DNA of 64,000 nucleotides from a virus: positions 16,776 to 80,775 of the IMG/VR virus record IMGVR_UViG_3300010885_077086; one strand, written 5' to 3'. A program made the translations under genes and the position numbers. Shown one piece after another: positions 18,362 through 28,489 of the stretch. Positions within the stretch are counted from its first letter, which is position 1, and each line of letters begins with the position of its first letter. The notes beneath the pieces were generated by a model, which ran no database searches, was not told the origin of the DNA, and saw only the letters and a list, made by a program, of their open reading frames with translations.

Positions 18362-19621
18362 ATGAAGTTTGGTACCGATGGACTAAGAGGAAAATTTGGC
18401 GAAGTAATCACAACCGATCTTGCCTACGATTTTGGGCTTGCCTTTGCTGTCTCTAGAATAGCCTCCAGCGCATCCGTTACGCTGGCCGTAGCGAAAGATA
18501 CCCGAACCTCTGGCGACCGCCTAGAGGCTTACCTAGTGGCCGGAATGAGGCGTACCGGGGCCAATGTGATCTCTATAGGAGTTACTCCAACGGCAGCTCT
18601 AAGTCATTTTGTCCTAGAGAAAGGATTGCAGGGAGGCATAATGATAACAGCCTCTCACAACCCACCAGAAGATAATGGGCTGAAGCCACTAAATCATCTT
18701 GGCGAAAAGTTAAGCGCACAAGAAAGAGCGTCAGTTGAGGACTACTTTGGATTTAAACCAGGAAATACTAGCTTATCGGGCACTTCTCATGAAATTTCAT
18801 CAGGCTGGATACCTTGGATGACAAAGATTTGGTCATTCATAAAGGAATCTGGCGCAGAAAACTCTCTAATTGGAGAGAAGATAGTTGTAGATGGTGCAAA
18901 TGGAGCAGGAAGATTCCTTATTGGACAAGCTCTTTCTCCATTTGGCGCAAAGATATTAAGCATTGGAACGGGAGATGGAGAGAGGATTAATGTTGGTTGT
19001 GGCTCACTTCATCCAGAGAAGATGGTCAATACCGTATTAGCATCGGGCGCGATTGCCGGAATAGCCTTGGATGGGGATGGAGATCGTATTCAGATCTGCG
19101 ATAGATGGGGCAAATTATACGATGGTGACGACATACTTTGGCTACTAAAAGGAAAATCAAAAGTAATTGTAGGTACAGTAATGAGCAATGAAGGACTCTT
19201 TCAATCATTACGTGGAAATGGAGTCTCTCTTCATAGAGCTGCAGTTGGTGATGCAAATGTTGCTATATCAATGAAAGAGCTTGGTGCAAGAATAGGAGGC
19301 GAACCATCTGGCCATATCTTAATTGACGGTGGTATGCCAACAAGCTGTGGTGTATTTACTGCTGCAAAATTATTGACATTAGATCCAAAAAAATGGATGA
19401 ATAGCCTGGAAGGATTTAGCAAAACTTATCAGTCAATAGAAAAAATTAAATTACAAGATATATCACATTTAGACAAAAAGATTGCCGAACTTTCAGTACA
19501 TGGATTAAGAGTTGTAATTAGAGAAAGTGGAACAGAACCAGTAATTAGAATCCTTGTTGAAGGAGAAAAATCTATTTGTATTTCTGCAATGAATGATCTA
19601 TTAAGTATGGTGAAAAAATGA
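18362..19621 (+). CDS. glmM: Phosphoglucosamine mutase
   Basis: FGTDGLRG, KDTRTSG, ITASHNP (phospho-Ser), DGDGDR, VGD, GGEPSGH, SGTEP. Confidence 0.9.
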   Translation: MKFGTDGLRGKFGEVITTDLAYDFGLAFAVSRIASSASVTLAVAKDTRTSGDRLEAYLVAGMRRTGANVISIGVTPTAALSHFVLEKGLQGGIMITASHNPPEDNGLKPLNHLGEKLSAQERASVEDYFGFKPGNTSLSGTSHEISSGWIPWMTKIWSFIKESGAENSLIGEKIVVDGANGAGRFLIGQALSPFGAKILSIGTGDGERINVGCGSLHPEKMVNTVLASGAIAGIALDGDGDRIQICDRWGKLYDGDDILWLLKGKSKVIVGTVMSNEGLFQSLRGNGVSLHRAAVGDANVAISMKELGARIGGEPSGHILIDGGMPTSCGVFTAAKLLTLDPKKWMNSLEGFSKTYQSIEKIKLQDISHLDKKIAELSVHGLRVVIRESGTEPVIRILVEGEKSICISAMNDLLSMVKK

Positions 19622-20175
19622 AAAATGAAAAATTATTTCAAATATTTGCTTCTTCAAAAGAAAAATGGCAGCACATTAAGCTGCCAGTAAAAAAAGAGGG
19701 ATTATCTCCAGTGATGTCTAAAGAAACCTTGGATTATCACTGGGGCAAGCTATACAAGGGATATGTTGAAAAAGCAAATAACGGTATTGGTGGAGACTTT
19801 CAAAAGGCTGGTGCTTTTCTACATACAATATTTTTTGATCAATTTAAGGAGCCAAGCGGAAAAAATAATCCGACCGGATTAATTTCTGAATTAATTGACA
19901 GAGAATTTGGTGCTCTTAATAATCTAAAAGACAAAATGAAAGAAGAAGCTATGAAGATCCAAGGCTCTGGCTGGGTTTATCTTTCGCAATCAGGAAAAAT
20001 AAAGGTCATAAAAAATCATGAAATAAAAAATGATATATTGTTGCTGATAGATTGGTGGGAACATGCTTGGGCTTTGGATTACCAATCTGATAAAGAAGCT
20101 TATTTTGATAATATCTGGAAGATTATCGATTGGGATAAGATAAATAAAAAGATAGGGAAAAAAGATGAACAATAA
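19618..20175 (+). CDS. Fe/Mn superoxide dismutase
   Basis: TLDYHWGK, FLHTIFF, QGSGWVYL, DWWEHAWALDY metal-ligand motifs. Confidence 0.9.
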   Translation: MKNEKLFQIFASSKEKWQHIKLPVKKEGLSPVMSKETLDYHWGKLYKGYVEKANNGIGGDFQKAGAFLHTIFFDQFKEPSGKNNPTGLISELIDREFGALNNLKDKMKEEAMKIQGSGWVYLSQSGKIKVIKNHEIKNDILLLIDWWEHAWALDYQSDKEAYFDNIWKIIDWDKINKKIGKKDEQ

Positions 20176-20800
20176 GATTAGAGCATTAATTAAAATTTTA
20201 AAGACATCAGGAATGATTGATGTTGCAAATAATATAATAAAAATTGCACAAGACAGATCTTCTGGAATCTTTTATCACGGATCTCCAAAGAAATTTGATA
20301 CATTTGATAGAAGTAGAAGTAACTATAGGGGATTGACTTACTTTACGCCAAAAAGAGAATTTGCAGTTGCATTTGCAGGAGGAAGAGGGCTTGATAAAGG
20401 ATATGTTTACAGCATTTCATTTGCAAAGCCACTTAATCTTTTTGATGCAACAGATTTAACCAATATAGAGTCGCTTAGGCCAATAATAAAATCGCTTGTT
20501 GATGGTGGAGTAAAAGATTCTGTTACGGGAGTTGACTTTAATCCAGCTGGAAAAACAATAAATTTAAATGGTGAAGAAATAAAAAATCCAAACTCAGATC
20601 AAATGACAGAATGGATGATATGGAGGATTAAGAATAAATCCTGGAGAATTTTAGAAGGAGAAGCCGTAACCAGCTTCATAGAAGGAGCTGGTTACGACGG
20701 CATTGTAACTCAAGAAAGCGCAATAGACAATATTGGAGTTTTTGATACTTCTTTAATTAAGATAGAAAATATTGAGGAAATAGAGGTAGATCCAGATTAA
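20165..20800 (+). CDS. ADP-ribosyltransferase-like protein (polyvalent-protein ART type) with N-terminal leader
   Basis: FYHGS...F..FD, TYFTP..EFA..FA, YVY, GYDGI, IGVFD pattern; leader MNNKIRALIKIL...IIKIAQ. Confidence 0.7.
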   Translation: MNNKIRALIKILKTSGMIDVANNIIKIAQDRSSGIFYHGSPKKFDTFDRSRSNYRGLTYFTPKREFAVAFAGGRGLDKGYVYSISFAKPLNLFDATDLTNIESLRPIIKSLVDGGVKDSVTGVDFNPAGKTINLNGEEIKNPNSDQMTEWMIWRIKNKSWRILEGEAVTSFIEGAGYDGIVTQESAIDNIGVFDTSLIKIENIEEIEVDPD

Positions 20801-21927
20801 TCCCAATCTGGTCGAACATGAAGTCCTACGGGGAATCTTGGGCGTCCCTCATCTGTAAGTCCTTGATATCTTACGGTAAGTGGTTTGCCAATATAAGACT
20901 CTAGATTAGCCCACATTTCACTTCGCTCTTCAACAGAGCCGCGAGGTCTAACATCAAACTCCAATCCAGAGTCCATCTTGCACTTAAAGATTACAGTGCC
21001 AGACTCTCTACCCTGTCCTTCTTTGCCGCCAATAATCTCAAACTCCGCATCATCGAAAGACTTTATTTTTAAAAGTGACGTGCTACGATATTTGAAAGAA
21101 TATAGTCCATCAAGATTTCTTATCATTGCTCCTTCGTAGCCAGCCTCTATTGCCTCTGCTTGACCTGCCAGAGCCTCCTCTGAAGAAGAGACGATTTTAG
21201 TTGGACAAATAACAATTCTTGTGGTTCCCGCCACAAAGAGAATGTCAGAAGTTAGCTCTCTTGATTGTGGAGAGAATCTATCTAGAAAACGCTCCTTAAA
21301 AGTTTTGGTTGTAGATGGGGCATCGTAAATATAATAATGAAGGTTTGGAGTATCTGAATTACGCTTCTTGATTGCGGAGCCAATTCTCTGAAATGTCCAT
21401 CCGTGATGGTAAAGCTCTCCGTCAAGAGATTCTCCTTCACTTAGGATCTTAGAGAGTTCTTCTTTGATTTCGATTGGAATGTCAAGAGACTTTCCTTTTC
21501 TAGACCAAAGATGAACGACTCCATCTTCTTTTTTAGAAAGACATCTGAACCCATCCAGCTTGTTCTGAAGTGCAGCTTTATACTTTATTTTAGAGCTATG
21601 GTCAGACCACTTGTGAGCCAGCATTGGAAGAAAGAATCCAGAAGATTCATCTTTGATGTCCTCAACTTTCTCCGCATAGCCTTCGTCCCTCTTCTTGTTG
21701 AGGTCAGAGCGAGCTTCAGATAGAGCCTGCTCATAAGGAGTGGTCTCATTTATCTTGCCAATATTCTTACCAGACTGAATTATTCTATCATCAGTCTGCT
21801 TTTTTCCATCATCATAACCATGTTGAATACGAAGAGTGGCGGTTCCATCTGAATTTTGAATAACTTCAGCTGACCACATCTTGATCTTGCCAAGAGTGGA
21901 CTTTCCATATAGGATCGGCAGTTGCAT
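20797..21927 (-). CDS. lig: ATP-dependent DNA ligase
   Basis: PMLAH, KLDGFRC (adenylated Lys), LDGELY, YIYDA, YEGAMIR, LLKIK, RFPV. Confidence 0.93.
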   Translation of the reverse strand: MQLPILYGKSTLGKIKMWSAEVIQNSDGTATLRIQHGYDDGKKQTDDRIIQSGKNIGKINETTPYEQALSEARSDLNKKRDEGYAEKVEDIKDESSGFFLPMLAHKWSDHSSKIKYKAALQNKLDGFRCLSKKEDGVVHLWSRKGKSLDIPIEIKEELSKILSEGESLDGELYHHGWTFQRIGSAIKKRNSDTPNLHYYIYDAPSTTKTFKERFLDRFSPQSRELTSDILFVAGTTRIVICPTKIVSSSEEALAGQAEAIEAGYEGAMIRNLDGLYSFKYRSTSLLKIKSFDDAEFEIIGGKEGQGRESGTVIFKCKMDSGLEFDVRPRGSVEERSEMWANLESYIGKPLTVRYQGLTDEGRPRFPVGLHVRPDWD

Positions 21928-21946
21928 TTTATTACTCCATTATTAG

Positions 21947-22705
21947 TTAGGAAATTCCGAGAATATCATAAACAGTTGATTCTGTTGACACTTCAACTGC
22001 ATAAATTACAAGATTACCCCCAGTTGAGGCAGATCTTTGAATCTTTACAAATAAAAGATCATCTTTAGAATCAAATGAAATATTTGCAGAAAGTGTTATT
22101 TTTCTTCTTGTATTATCTACAAATGATGTTGATGCAGCGGTGGATATAGTTCCAGTTACTGATGGTGATGTTGATGTTCCAATTTTTGATACTTTTGTAT
22201 AAATAAGATTTATTGGATAGCTTGTAAATGTTGTTGCATTTTCAAACTCACATGTTATAATTACAGATATTTTAGACCCTTTATTCAGCAGCTCATGAGC
22301 AGGTATGGTTATTGAGTCAAAAGATGCCTGCATTAGAAGTCCTGGGGTATCAAAGGTAAATGACGCAGATGTAGTATCTGCAACATTTATTACAGGCTGA
22401 AAGAGAGGGGAAACTGCAGCAGAAGAATATCCGTTTGAGTCAAGCCACTCCAATAGGGACATTGGAACTTGCCTTGTTACAATAATAGAAGAGCTAGAAA
22501 AATCAATAACTCCAGATGGAGTTGATATAGAGACATCTCCAGAAAAATCTGCAGTTCCAGAAAAGGACATTGATCCTCCACCAGATAAATCTAGATTAGT
22601 GCTAGATAGAAGTCCAGTAACAACTAAATCTGAGTCAACTGTCAGAGTTCCACTGCCATTACCAACGACTATTTTATGATCATCAGAATATCTATCGGTT
22701 GCCAT
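21947..22705 (-). CDS. Ser/Thr-rich beta-structured protein, probable virion/tail-associated
   Basis: Beta-repeat-like N-terminus (GTLTVDSDLVVTG...); downstream of the late gene 22720..24876. Confidence 0.55.
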   Translation of the reverse strand: MATDRYSDDHKIVVGNGSGTLTVDSDLVVTGLLSSTNLDLSGGGSMSFSGTADFSGDVSISTPSGVIDFSSSSIIVTRQVPMSLLEWLDSNGYSSAAVSPLFQPVINVADTTSASFTFDTPGLLMQASFDSITIPAHELLNKGSKISVIITCEFENATTFTSYPINLIYTKVSKIGTSTSPSVTGTISTAASTSFVDNTRRKITLSANISFDSKDDLLFVKIQRSASTGGNLVIYAVEVSTESTVYDILGIS

Positions 22706-22719
22706 ATTTTTATCCTAAT

Positions 22720-24876
22720 TTAAATTAATTTTTTTAATTCTGAGTTATTTATACCTAAAGATTTTAGAACAGATATTAGTCTTGCAACTTTAAATATCTT
22801 CCTGTCAAGAGATGCTGTAGTTGTATCTGGTGGTGCTGGGGGTAATGGAGGCAGCTGACGCGGAGGCACAACAGAACCTATCGGCTGAAAATCTCTTGCA
22901 ATTATCCAGTTATTATCTATATAAATCATTGGCTCTATTGCTGGATTGTTTTTTATATTTTCAATAATTTCATTTATTGAAAGCTTGCTCATTGCACCAT
23001 CAATATAATAATCGAATTTTGCACTTTGAATGCAAAGGTCATCAGCATATGAGAGTATCTCTTTTGCAACTTGCTTTTTATCATCTTCTGCTTGTTTAAA
23101 TATAAATCTGTTAAGATTTAACTCACTGCAGAATTTATCTATGCCCAAAGAGTTGCTCAAAGATAATATTAAGTTTTTTATATTTTGAATAACATCACTT
23201 GAAATTAAATTTGAAGGTACTTTTTCGTCAAATAAAAATCCTATTTCACTTAATTTAGATATGCTTTTTATGCTTGATATTGCGACAGGTACTAGCTCAG
23301 GGTAAACCTCTGTAATTGATTTATTTTTTGAAAAAACTCTGTTTTCAAAACTTGAAGATATATCTGGAACAAAATTGACTTTAGTAAAAAAATCAATTGG
23401 ATAATTTTTTGCAATAAATTCAGCGTTATCTTTATATAATTTTTTTATTTCTTCTTCAGATAACATATATGATATTTTTTCTTGATTTGATTCTCTAGAG
23501 GCAAATGAACTAAGATTTTTTTGATTTTCAGGATAACTAAGTGCATTAAGAAAATTTTCTTTTAATTCTTTAGAGCCATAACCAAAGGCGCTACAGTCGA
23601 GAGAAAATATTGAAGCGTGCGGAGGATCAAAATAGTTTGTTTGAACTAAATTTCTATTATCATCTCTCCATTTTAAATATGAATCAATAAATATTTTTGC
23701 ATTCTCAGGATAGTGAAGTATTTTTCCAATATAGCTTAAATCTACTTTTGCAATTTTATCAAATAATTCTTTTAATAAATCAACATTTTGATGATTAGGA
23801 TCTGATAATCTTGTATTTACAAAATTATTCATCATATCATGGTCAACTTTTTTTTCAGATTTTATTTTTAATTCTATAATTTTTAAAAAATGTTCTTTTT
23901 CAGTATCAAAGGCTTTATTGCTTCGCAGGCTATTTGTTAATGCTTCATCATCCAATATGATGTCAAGATTTTTTCTCGTTCTTCCTCTTACTTGCTCTTC
24001 GCCGCCTTTCTGGTTATACTCACCAGAATACGTCATATAATCAGATTGATCTGACGGATTCCAGCTGGTATTTTCACTAGAACCAAAATCAATATTTTCT
24101 TTTATTTGCCCTGTTTCTTTATCAAAATAACTATAGCTTAATATTTTTAAACTATCGTAATCATAAATTACAGCAACGTCTCCATCACGAGAGCCATTGA
24201 AGAGCAGTCCTCTTACCTTTGGATACAACATATTCCAAACATTAAGTGCAACATTTGAAGTATGTTCTGGCTCATAATATGGAAGTTGCTCTTCAAACTG
24301 CCAGCCTATATCTTTTAAGCCCAATAGCTTTGCTTGTGCAGCAAGAATACTTTTATATGATCCATATCTGAAGTACTTTTTAGATGGATCATATTTTCTG
24401 AATGATAATTCCTCTTTTGTTAGCGGTATATTAGTTTTTGATACCGGAACGGATCTTCCATCTTCAAAAAATACCTTAGGACTATTATCATATGGAGGAA
24501 TTAATGAAGATCCATCTTCATTATCAATTCCAACATATTTTTCAAAATTTTCTTTTGAAATTTCTTCTCTGTTTAGCTCTTTTAATAGCTGAGGATAAAG
24601 AACAGATATTGTATCTACATTAAAAGAAAAGAATCCGGTTGTATCAATTGCAAGTTTATAAATGTAGCTTCCATAGTTTCCTGCAAAAGTATTATACACT
24701 TTTTTATTATAAACTGAATATATACCAGGACCGTACATATTACCTGCACCAAGTCCGGTTATAAAATTACCAGAGGTAAGTTGCTTTTTAAAGTCATCAG
24801 GAAGAGTCTTTCCACCAGTATATACTGTTCCTAGTCTTCCATATATTTCAGCAAATTTTGATATTGGTCTATTCAT
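22720..24876 (-). CDS. Large protein with N-terminal ART-like domain and C-terminal K-x-A module
   Basis: GAGNMYGPGIYSVY, YGSYIYK, GLLFNGSRDGDVAVIYD; ends PPAPPDTTTASLDRKIFKVARLISVLKSLGI; TACTAAT upstream. Confidence 0.65.
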   Translation of the reverse strand: MNRPISKFAEIYGRLGTVYTGGKTLPDDFKKQLTSGNFITGLGAGNMYGPGIYSVYNKKVYNTFAGNYGSYIYKLAIDTTGFFSFNVDTISVLYPQLLKELNREEISKENFEKYVGIDNEDGSSLIPPYDNSPKVFFEDGRSVPVSKTNIPLTKEELSFRKYDPSKKYFRYGSYKSILAAQAKLLGLKDIGWQFEEQLPYYEPEHTSNVALNVWNMLYPKVRGLLFNGSRDGDVAVIYDYDSLKILSYSYFDKETGQIKENIDFGSSENTSWNPSDQSDYMTYSGEYNQKGGEEQVRGRTRKNLDIILDDEALTNSLRSNKAFDTEKEHFLKIIELKIKSEKKVDHDMMNNFVNTRLSDPNHQNVDLLKELFDKIAKVDLSYIGKILHYPENAKIFIDSYLKWRDDNRNLVQTNYFDPPHASIFSLDCSAFGYGSKELKENFLNALSYPENQKNLSSFASRESNQEKISYMLSEEEIKKLYKDNAEFIAKNYPIDFFTKVNFVPDISSSFENRVFSKNKSITEVYPELVPVAISSIKSISKLSEIGFLFDEKVPSNLISSDVIQNIKNLILSLSNSLGIDKFCSELNLNRFIFKQAEDDKKQVAKEILSYADDLCIQSAKFDYYIDGAMSKLSINEIIENIKNNPAIEPMIYIDNNWIIARDFQPIGSVVPPRQLPPLPPAPPDTTTASLDRKIFKVARLISVLKSLGINNSELKKLI

Positions 24877-24892
24877 AATATTTTCTATAACT

Positions 24893-24916
24893 ATTAGTAT
24901 TTTTTTAACTACTAAT
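24893..24916. promoter_or_regulatory. Back-to-back class-2 (putative late) promoters
   Basis: ATTAGTA (24893-24899) and TACTAAT (24910-24916) between divergent genes. Confidence 0.65.
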
Positions 24917-24931
24917 TTTAGATTAATTGTT

Positions 24932-25636
24932 ATGACCACAATAACTAAAGATCAAAAGAAAGTAATTGACTCTGTACTCTCAATATTTGAAACAGGGAGA
25001 GTGCCTACACCAGCATCGTATTCTACATGCGCCATACTTACTGATGGAGCCGGTATTTCCTATGGAAAACATCAGGCAACAGACCGCGCAGGATCCTTAG
25101 ATAAGATTGTTGACCTTTATATTCAGCAGGGTGGAAAGCATGGCGAGGAGCTAAAGCAATTCGTTCCAAAGCTTGCTAGCAATGAAACAGCAAAGGTAGA
25201 TCCAAGGAATCCACCATCTTGGGCAAGATATCTTATGGGTGTGTTAAAAGAAGCTGGTAAAGACACTGTTATGCAGGAGGCACAGGACGCAATCTTTGAC
25301 TCAGGCTATTGGATACCAGCAGTTGGCCTAGCATCAAACATAGGATTGAAGACTGCCTTAGGACACCTTGTTATTTATGATTCCTGTATTCACTCTGGAC
25401 CCGGTGGAGTTGCAGTAATAAGAGCACGTTTTCCAGAGGCTTCTCCAGCAAACGGTGGAGACGAAAAGACCTGGGTAAAAGCTTATATTTCTGCCAGAAG
25501 AATTTGGTTAGCAGGAAATGCGAATCCATTAGTGCAAAAAACAGTATATAGAATGGATGCACTAATGGAGATTGTAAAGACTGACAACTGGGATCTTAAA
25601 ACACCGCTAGTTGTCAGAGGCGTCAAGATCGCTTAG
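24932..25636 (+). CDS. Chitosanase-like (GH46/lysozyme-fold) glycoside hydrolase, probable endolysin
   Basis: SIFETG, DGAGISYGKHQAT, MQEAQDAIFDSGYW.PA, IYDSCIHSG. Confidence 0.8.
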   Translation: MTTITKDQKKVIDSVLSIFETGRVPTPASYSTCAILTDGAGISYGKHQATDRAGSLDKIVDLYIQQGGKHGEELKQFVPKLASNETAKVDPRNPPSWARYLMGVLKEAGKDTVMQEAQDAIFDSGYWIPAVGLASNIGLKTALGHLVIYDSCIHSGPGGVAVIRARFPEASPANGGDEKTWVKAYISARRIWLAGNANPLVQKTVYRMDALMEIVKTDNWDLKTPLVVRGVKIA

Positions 25637-25810
25637 CTTTTTCCTAATGATTTCTTCAAACAAATCATCCTCTAGATAATATGGATCACTAGAGAAATTA
25701 GTGCCTATTGCAAGATTTGAAACTATTTGGCATAGTCTCATATCTGGATTCTGCTCCCAATATGACTCAAGCATAGATATTAGACGAGGAATTCTAGATG
25801 GATCTCTCAT
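25607..25810 (-). CDS. DUF1040/YihD-like small protein
   Basis: MRDPSRIPRLI..L..YW...PDMRLCQ pattern. Confidence 0.7.
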   Translation of the reverse strand: MRDPSRIPRLISMLESYWEQNPDMRLCQIVSNLAIGTNFSSDPYYLEDDLFEEIIRKKLSDLDASDN

Positions 25811-25914
25811 TTTTATCACCTTCTTTTTTTGGTCTAAGCACAATTTCCAATGCACAAAATGCCGCTATTAAGAGTGCTAATCCAATGCCAAATGTTTTTT
25901 CTTTAAGGGATCTT

Positions 25915-26145
25915 TTAGCCATTTTGGTTTGGCGCAGGATAGCGATAAATAATTCTTCCTTTGGATAGATCGTATGGAGAAACCTCTACCTTAACACGAT
26001 CACCAAGGACGATGCGGATATTATTCATCTTTTGACGGCCAGCAAGGTATCCAAGAACCTTGCCATTTGGAGTTTGAATTACAAAGCGTTCGCGCTGAAC
26101 ATCAACAACTTCACCATCAATTTCAATGAGATCTGATTTTGCCAT
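25915..26145 (-). CDS. infA: Translation initiation factor IF-1
   Basis: [14 protein letters not shown]...[32 protein letters not shown]. Confidence 0.95.
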   Translation of the reverse strand: MAKSDLIEIDGEVVDVQRERFVIQTPNGKVLGYLAGRQKMNNIRIVLGDRVKVEVSPYDLSKGRIIYRYPAPNQNG

Positions 26146-26229
26146 TTTTCCTCTTACTAATATTATTTTATTATATACAGTTGCAGTTAAAATAAGTTAA
26201 TTAAAAACTAAATAAAACACGGACTTATT

Positions 26230-26571
26230 TTGAAGCCAACACCATTTACAATAGGTGGTAAAAAATATTACCTTCATGATGTTATAAGTATAACAAATAG
26301 TTATGCTGATGTTAACTTTTTTGAATTTCAAATTTTAAAACCAGGAGAATATGAGCCAGATAAGATTTTAGTTTGGGTATCTGGCAAAACAAAACACGAA
26401 AGAAAGTGGACTTGGTTTATATATTTGAAAAGAGAAGGCCCAATAAAGGGAATATCATATCATTACTCTGACATAATATCTCCAGAAAGAGACACGGGGT
26501 TGTTTTTAAGGTACGTCAGAAGAAAAACTCCAGATGCCATTCCACATATCCTTTTTAATTATTTGATTTAG
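26230..26571 (+). CDS. Hypothetical protein, 'W-x-L-F-N' family
   Basis: Ends FLRYVRRKTPDAIPHILFNYLI. Confidence 0.6.
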   Translation: MKPTPFTIGGKKYYLHDVISITNSYADVNFFEFQILKPGEYEPDKILVWVSGKTKHERKWTWFIYLKREGPIKGISYHYSDIISPERDTGLFLRYVRRKTPDAIPHILFNYLI

Positions 26572-26645
26572 CCGTTTAATCGGTGACGCTGCTCGGCTTC
26601 CCTATAATAAAGAGGGAGAAGCAGCAGAAATCCCTCACCGGCTCC
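26570..26645. other. Structured intergenic element (long imperfect hairpin)
   Basis: CGGTGA/TCACCG, GCTGCT/AGCAGC and TCCCT/AGGGA nested pairings between convergent genes. Confidence 0.5.
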
Positions 26646-26657
26646 TAAAATTATACT

Positions 26658-26954
26658 TCAAGGATATTCGGTTGGTGGATTAAACTTTCCATCCCTCATA
26701 GATTTTTGAATCCATGGAGTAATTGGAGCAAAAAATGCAAGCGAATCACTAATTGCTGCAAAATATTCTGCGCCATTCTTATGGTATGGAGCAAGAAATT
26801 CTCCTTCGCAGCACTGAAGAAGTCTCATCTTTTGAATTGGAATCATAAGATGATCTCCATCCATTTTGTATGCAAAGTGGGAATGAGAGTAGGAAACAGG
26901 GTTTGGAAGGCTACCACAATGAGGACAGCAATATGTTGACTTTATATTTTGCAT
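26658..26954 (-). CDS. Hypothetical zinc-ribbon protein
   Basis: CPHCG and CC. Confidence 0.6.
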   Translation of the reverse strand: MQNIKSTYCCPHCGSLPNPVSYSHSHFAYKMDGDHLMIPIQKMRLLQCCEGEFLAPYHKNGAEYFAAISDSLAFFAPITPWIQKSMRDGKFNPPTEYP

Positions 26955-27685
26955 TTTATTTCTGGCTCAAAATTTAGAAGAAGATCAAATCCCTTTCCAT
27001 AAACAAGATAGAATGATCTATCTTCATGCTGAATTAGTACCTGCTTATAGGTTAGAAGATTAGTTTTTTCTGGCTCAATAGACAAAAGAGTCGGCAGAGC
27101 CTCAGCAATCCTAAAGATATCATACCTTGCTGCATTAATATCTCTTGACATATCAATTATAGATTCTATTATTTCAGACTCTACAACGGAGTCCATATCG
27201 TGAACTACCGTAAGCCAACCTCTCCTAACATTATTACTCTTAACCGGAGTTGTTGAGCTAACGGTAAAGCTTTTCCCTCCAAACTTATTCCAAATCTTTG
27301 TCGGGAGGCTACTTATTGTTGGCTCATGCTGAAAGAGGTTGTAGTCATATGGTTCAATTGAAAAGATTTCTTTTCTCTTTTTTGAATAGTGATAGATTTT
27401 TTTATCTACGACTTCTTTTAGAGCAGTTTCAACAATTGAAAGATATTCATCTTCTTTTTTATCCAAATCAACAAGAATAGAATAAACCTTATCAAAAATA
27501 TAGCTTTTGCTAAAGCCAACCGAAGAAAGGCCTGACTTCTTAACCTTTTCCTGCACCATCTCAAAGGTTGCAGGATCAGAAAGTGGAGACTCTATATCTG
27601 GAAGAAGAGAGATTGGTATGGACTTTAGCTTCAGCAGTATATTAAAATAATTCTGCGGAATAAAGAATAAACCAACACCGCTCAT
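26942..27685 (-). CDS. Hypothetical protein
   Basis: 247-aa ORF in coupled operon. Confidence 0.7.
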   Translation of the reverse strand: MSGVGLFFIPQNYFNILLKLKSIPISLLPDIESPLSDPATFEMVQEKVKKSGLSSVGFSKSYIFDKVYSILVDLDKKEDEYLSIVETALKEVVDKKIYHYSKKRKEIFSIEPYDYNLFQHEPTISSLPTKIWNKFGGKSFTVSSTTPVKSNNVRRGWLTVVHDMDSVVESEIIESIIDMSRDINAARYDIFRIAEALPTLLSIEPEKTNLLTYKQVLIQHEDRSFYLVYGKGFDLLLNFEPEIKCKI

Positions 27686-28041
27686 TCTGAAGCCTCCTGC
27701 CTAATCTCATCAAAAATAGGCCAAGCGTTTAGAAGATCGTCGCGGATTCTTTTTACTACAAGATTATTCCTTCCGCCGATATTCCACTCCTTAATTTTCT
27801 CTACAGGAAGCCCATCGTCTCCAAGATAATTTTTGCCATTCTTCCAATTATAAAGCGTTCCAACCTGACCATCTTCCCACTTGATAATCCACTCTGCATC
27901 AATCTTATATCCATCACTAGTGGTTGGCTCACCATATTTAGTTACGATAGTCTTGTAGTCTACGCTGACATAACCCTGTAGACAGGTTCCATCGGCATCG
28001 GCTTGATTAATTGACTTAATTCTTGGCATCTTAAGCTCCAA
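27682..28041 (-). CDS. Conserved phage hypothetical protein
   Basis: TCLQGY...YGEP...DGYKIDAEW...TLYNWK...WNIGG pattern. Confidence 0.7.
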   Translation of the reverse strand: MELKMPRIKSINQADADGTCLQGYVSVDYKTIVTKYGEPTTSDGYKIDAEWIIKWEDGQVGTLYNWKNGKNYLGDDGLPVEKIKEWNIGGRNNLVVKRIRDDLLNAWPIFDEIRQEASE

Positions 28042-28489
28042 TATTAAAAAGAATATGCTTTACAAAAAAGTCTCGCAGCTCTGGTGTGGCCTCTTCCATG
28101 AATTGGTCTGGGCCAGATTGCTTTTTGATAAATTCATCATTAGGAATACGGTGTGGATGAACCAAAGTTGTACCATATTGAGGGTCGAGAGAGACACCAC
28201 TTATAAAATAAAGAGCACCAATACCAGTCCTATCTCTCCAATCGGTATAGTTCCTATCGGAAAGAACAAGGTTGACAGACTCAGATAGTCGCTTTTCTCC
28301 AGAAGAAACCCAAAAAGCCTCCATACCACAATCAAGAATCTGATGAATTTTTGGCCCATCATATTTCTTTGATAGAGTATGGGTAAAACTTAAAGTTTGA
28401 CGCCAATGGCCGCTACACTTTCCCCAATTATTTCCAAGCTCCATAAGAATTTCGTTGTAGTTAGAAAGGACTAGGTGTGGCCTTGCCAT
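28031..28489 (-). CDS. Hypothetical protein, 'W-x-L-F-N' family (divergent)
   Basis: Ends FMEEATPELRDFFVKHILFNIGA. Confidence 0.65.
   Translation of the reverse strand: MARPHLVLSNYNEILMELGNNWGKCSGHWRQTLSFTHTLSKKYDGPKIHQILDCGMEAFWVSSGEKRLSESVNLVLSDRNYTDWRDRTGIGALYFISGVSLDPQYGTTLVHPHRIPNDEFIKKQSGPDQFMEEATPELRDFFVKHILFNIGA

Noticed and set aside
26570-26645. Canonical tRNA or SRP RNA
   Set aside because: No TTCRA T-loop, D-arm or anticodon arm; GAAGCAGC is present but the SRP CAGG...GNRA helix is not
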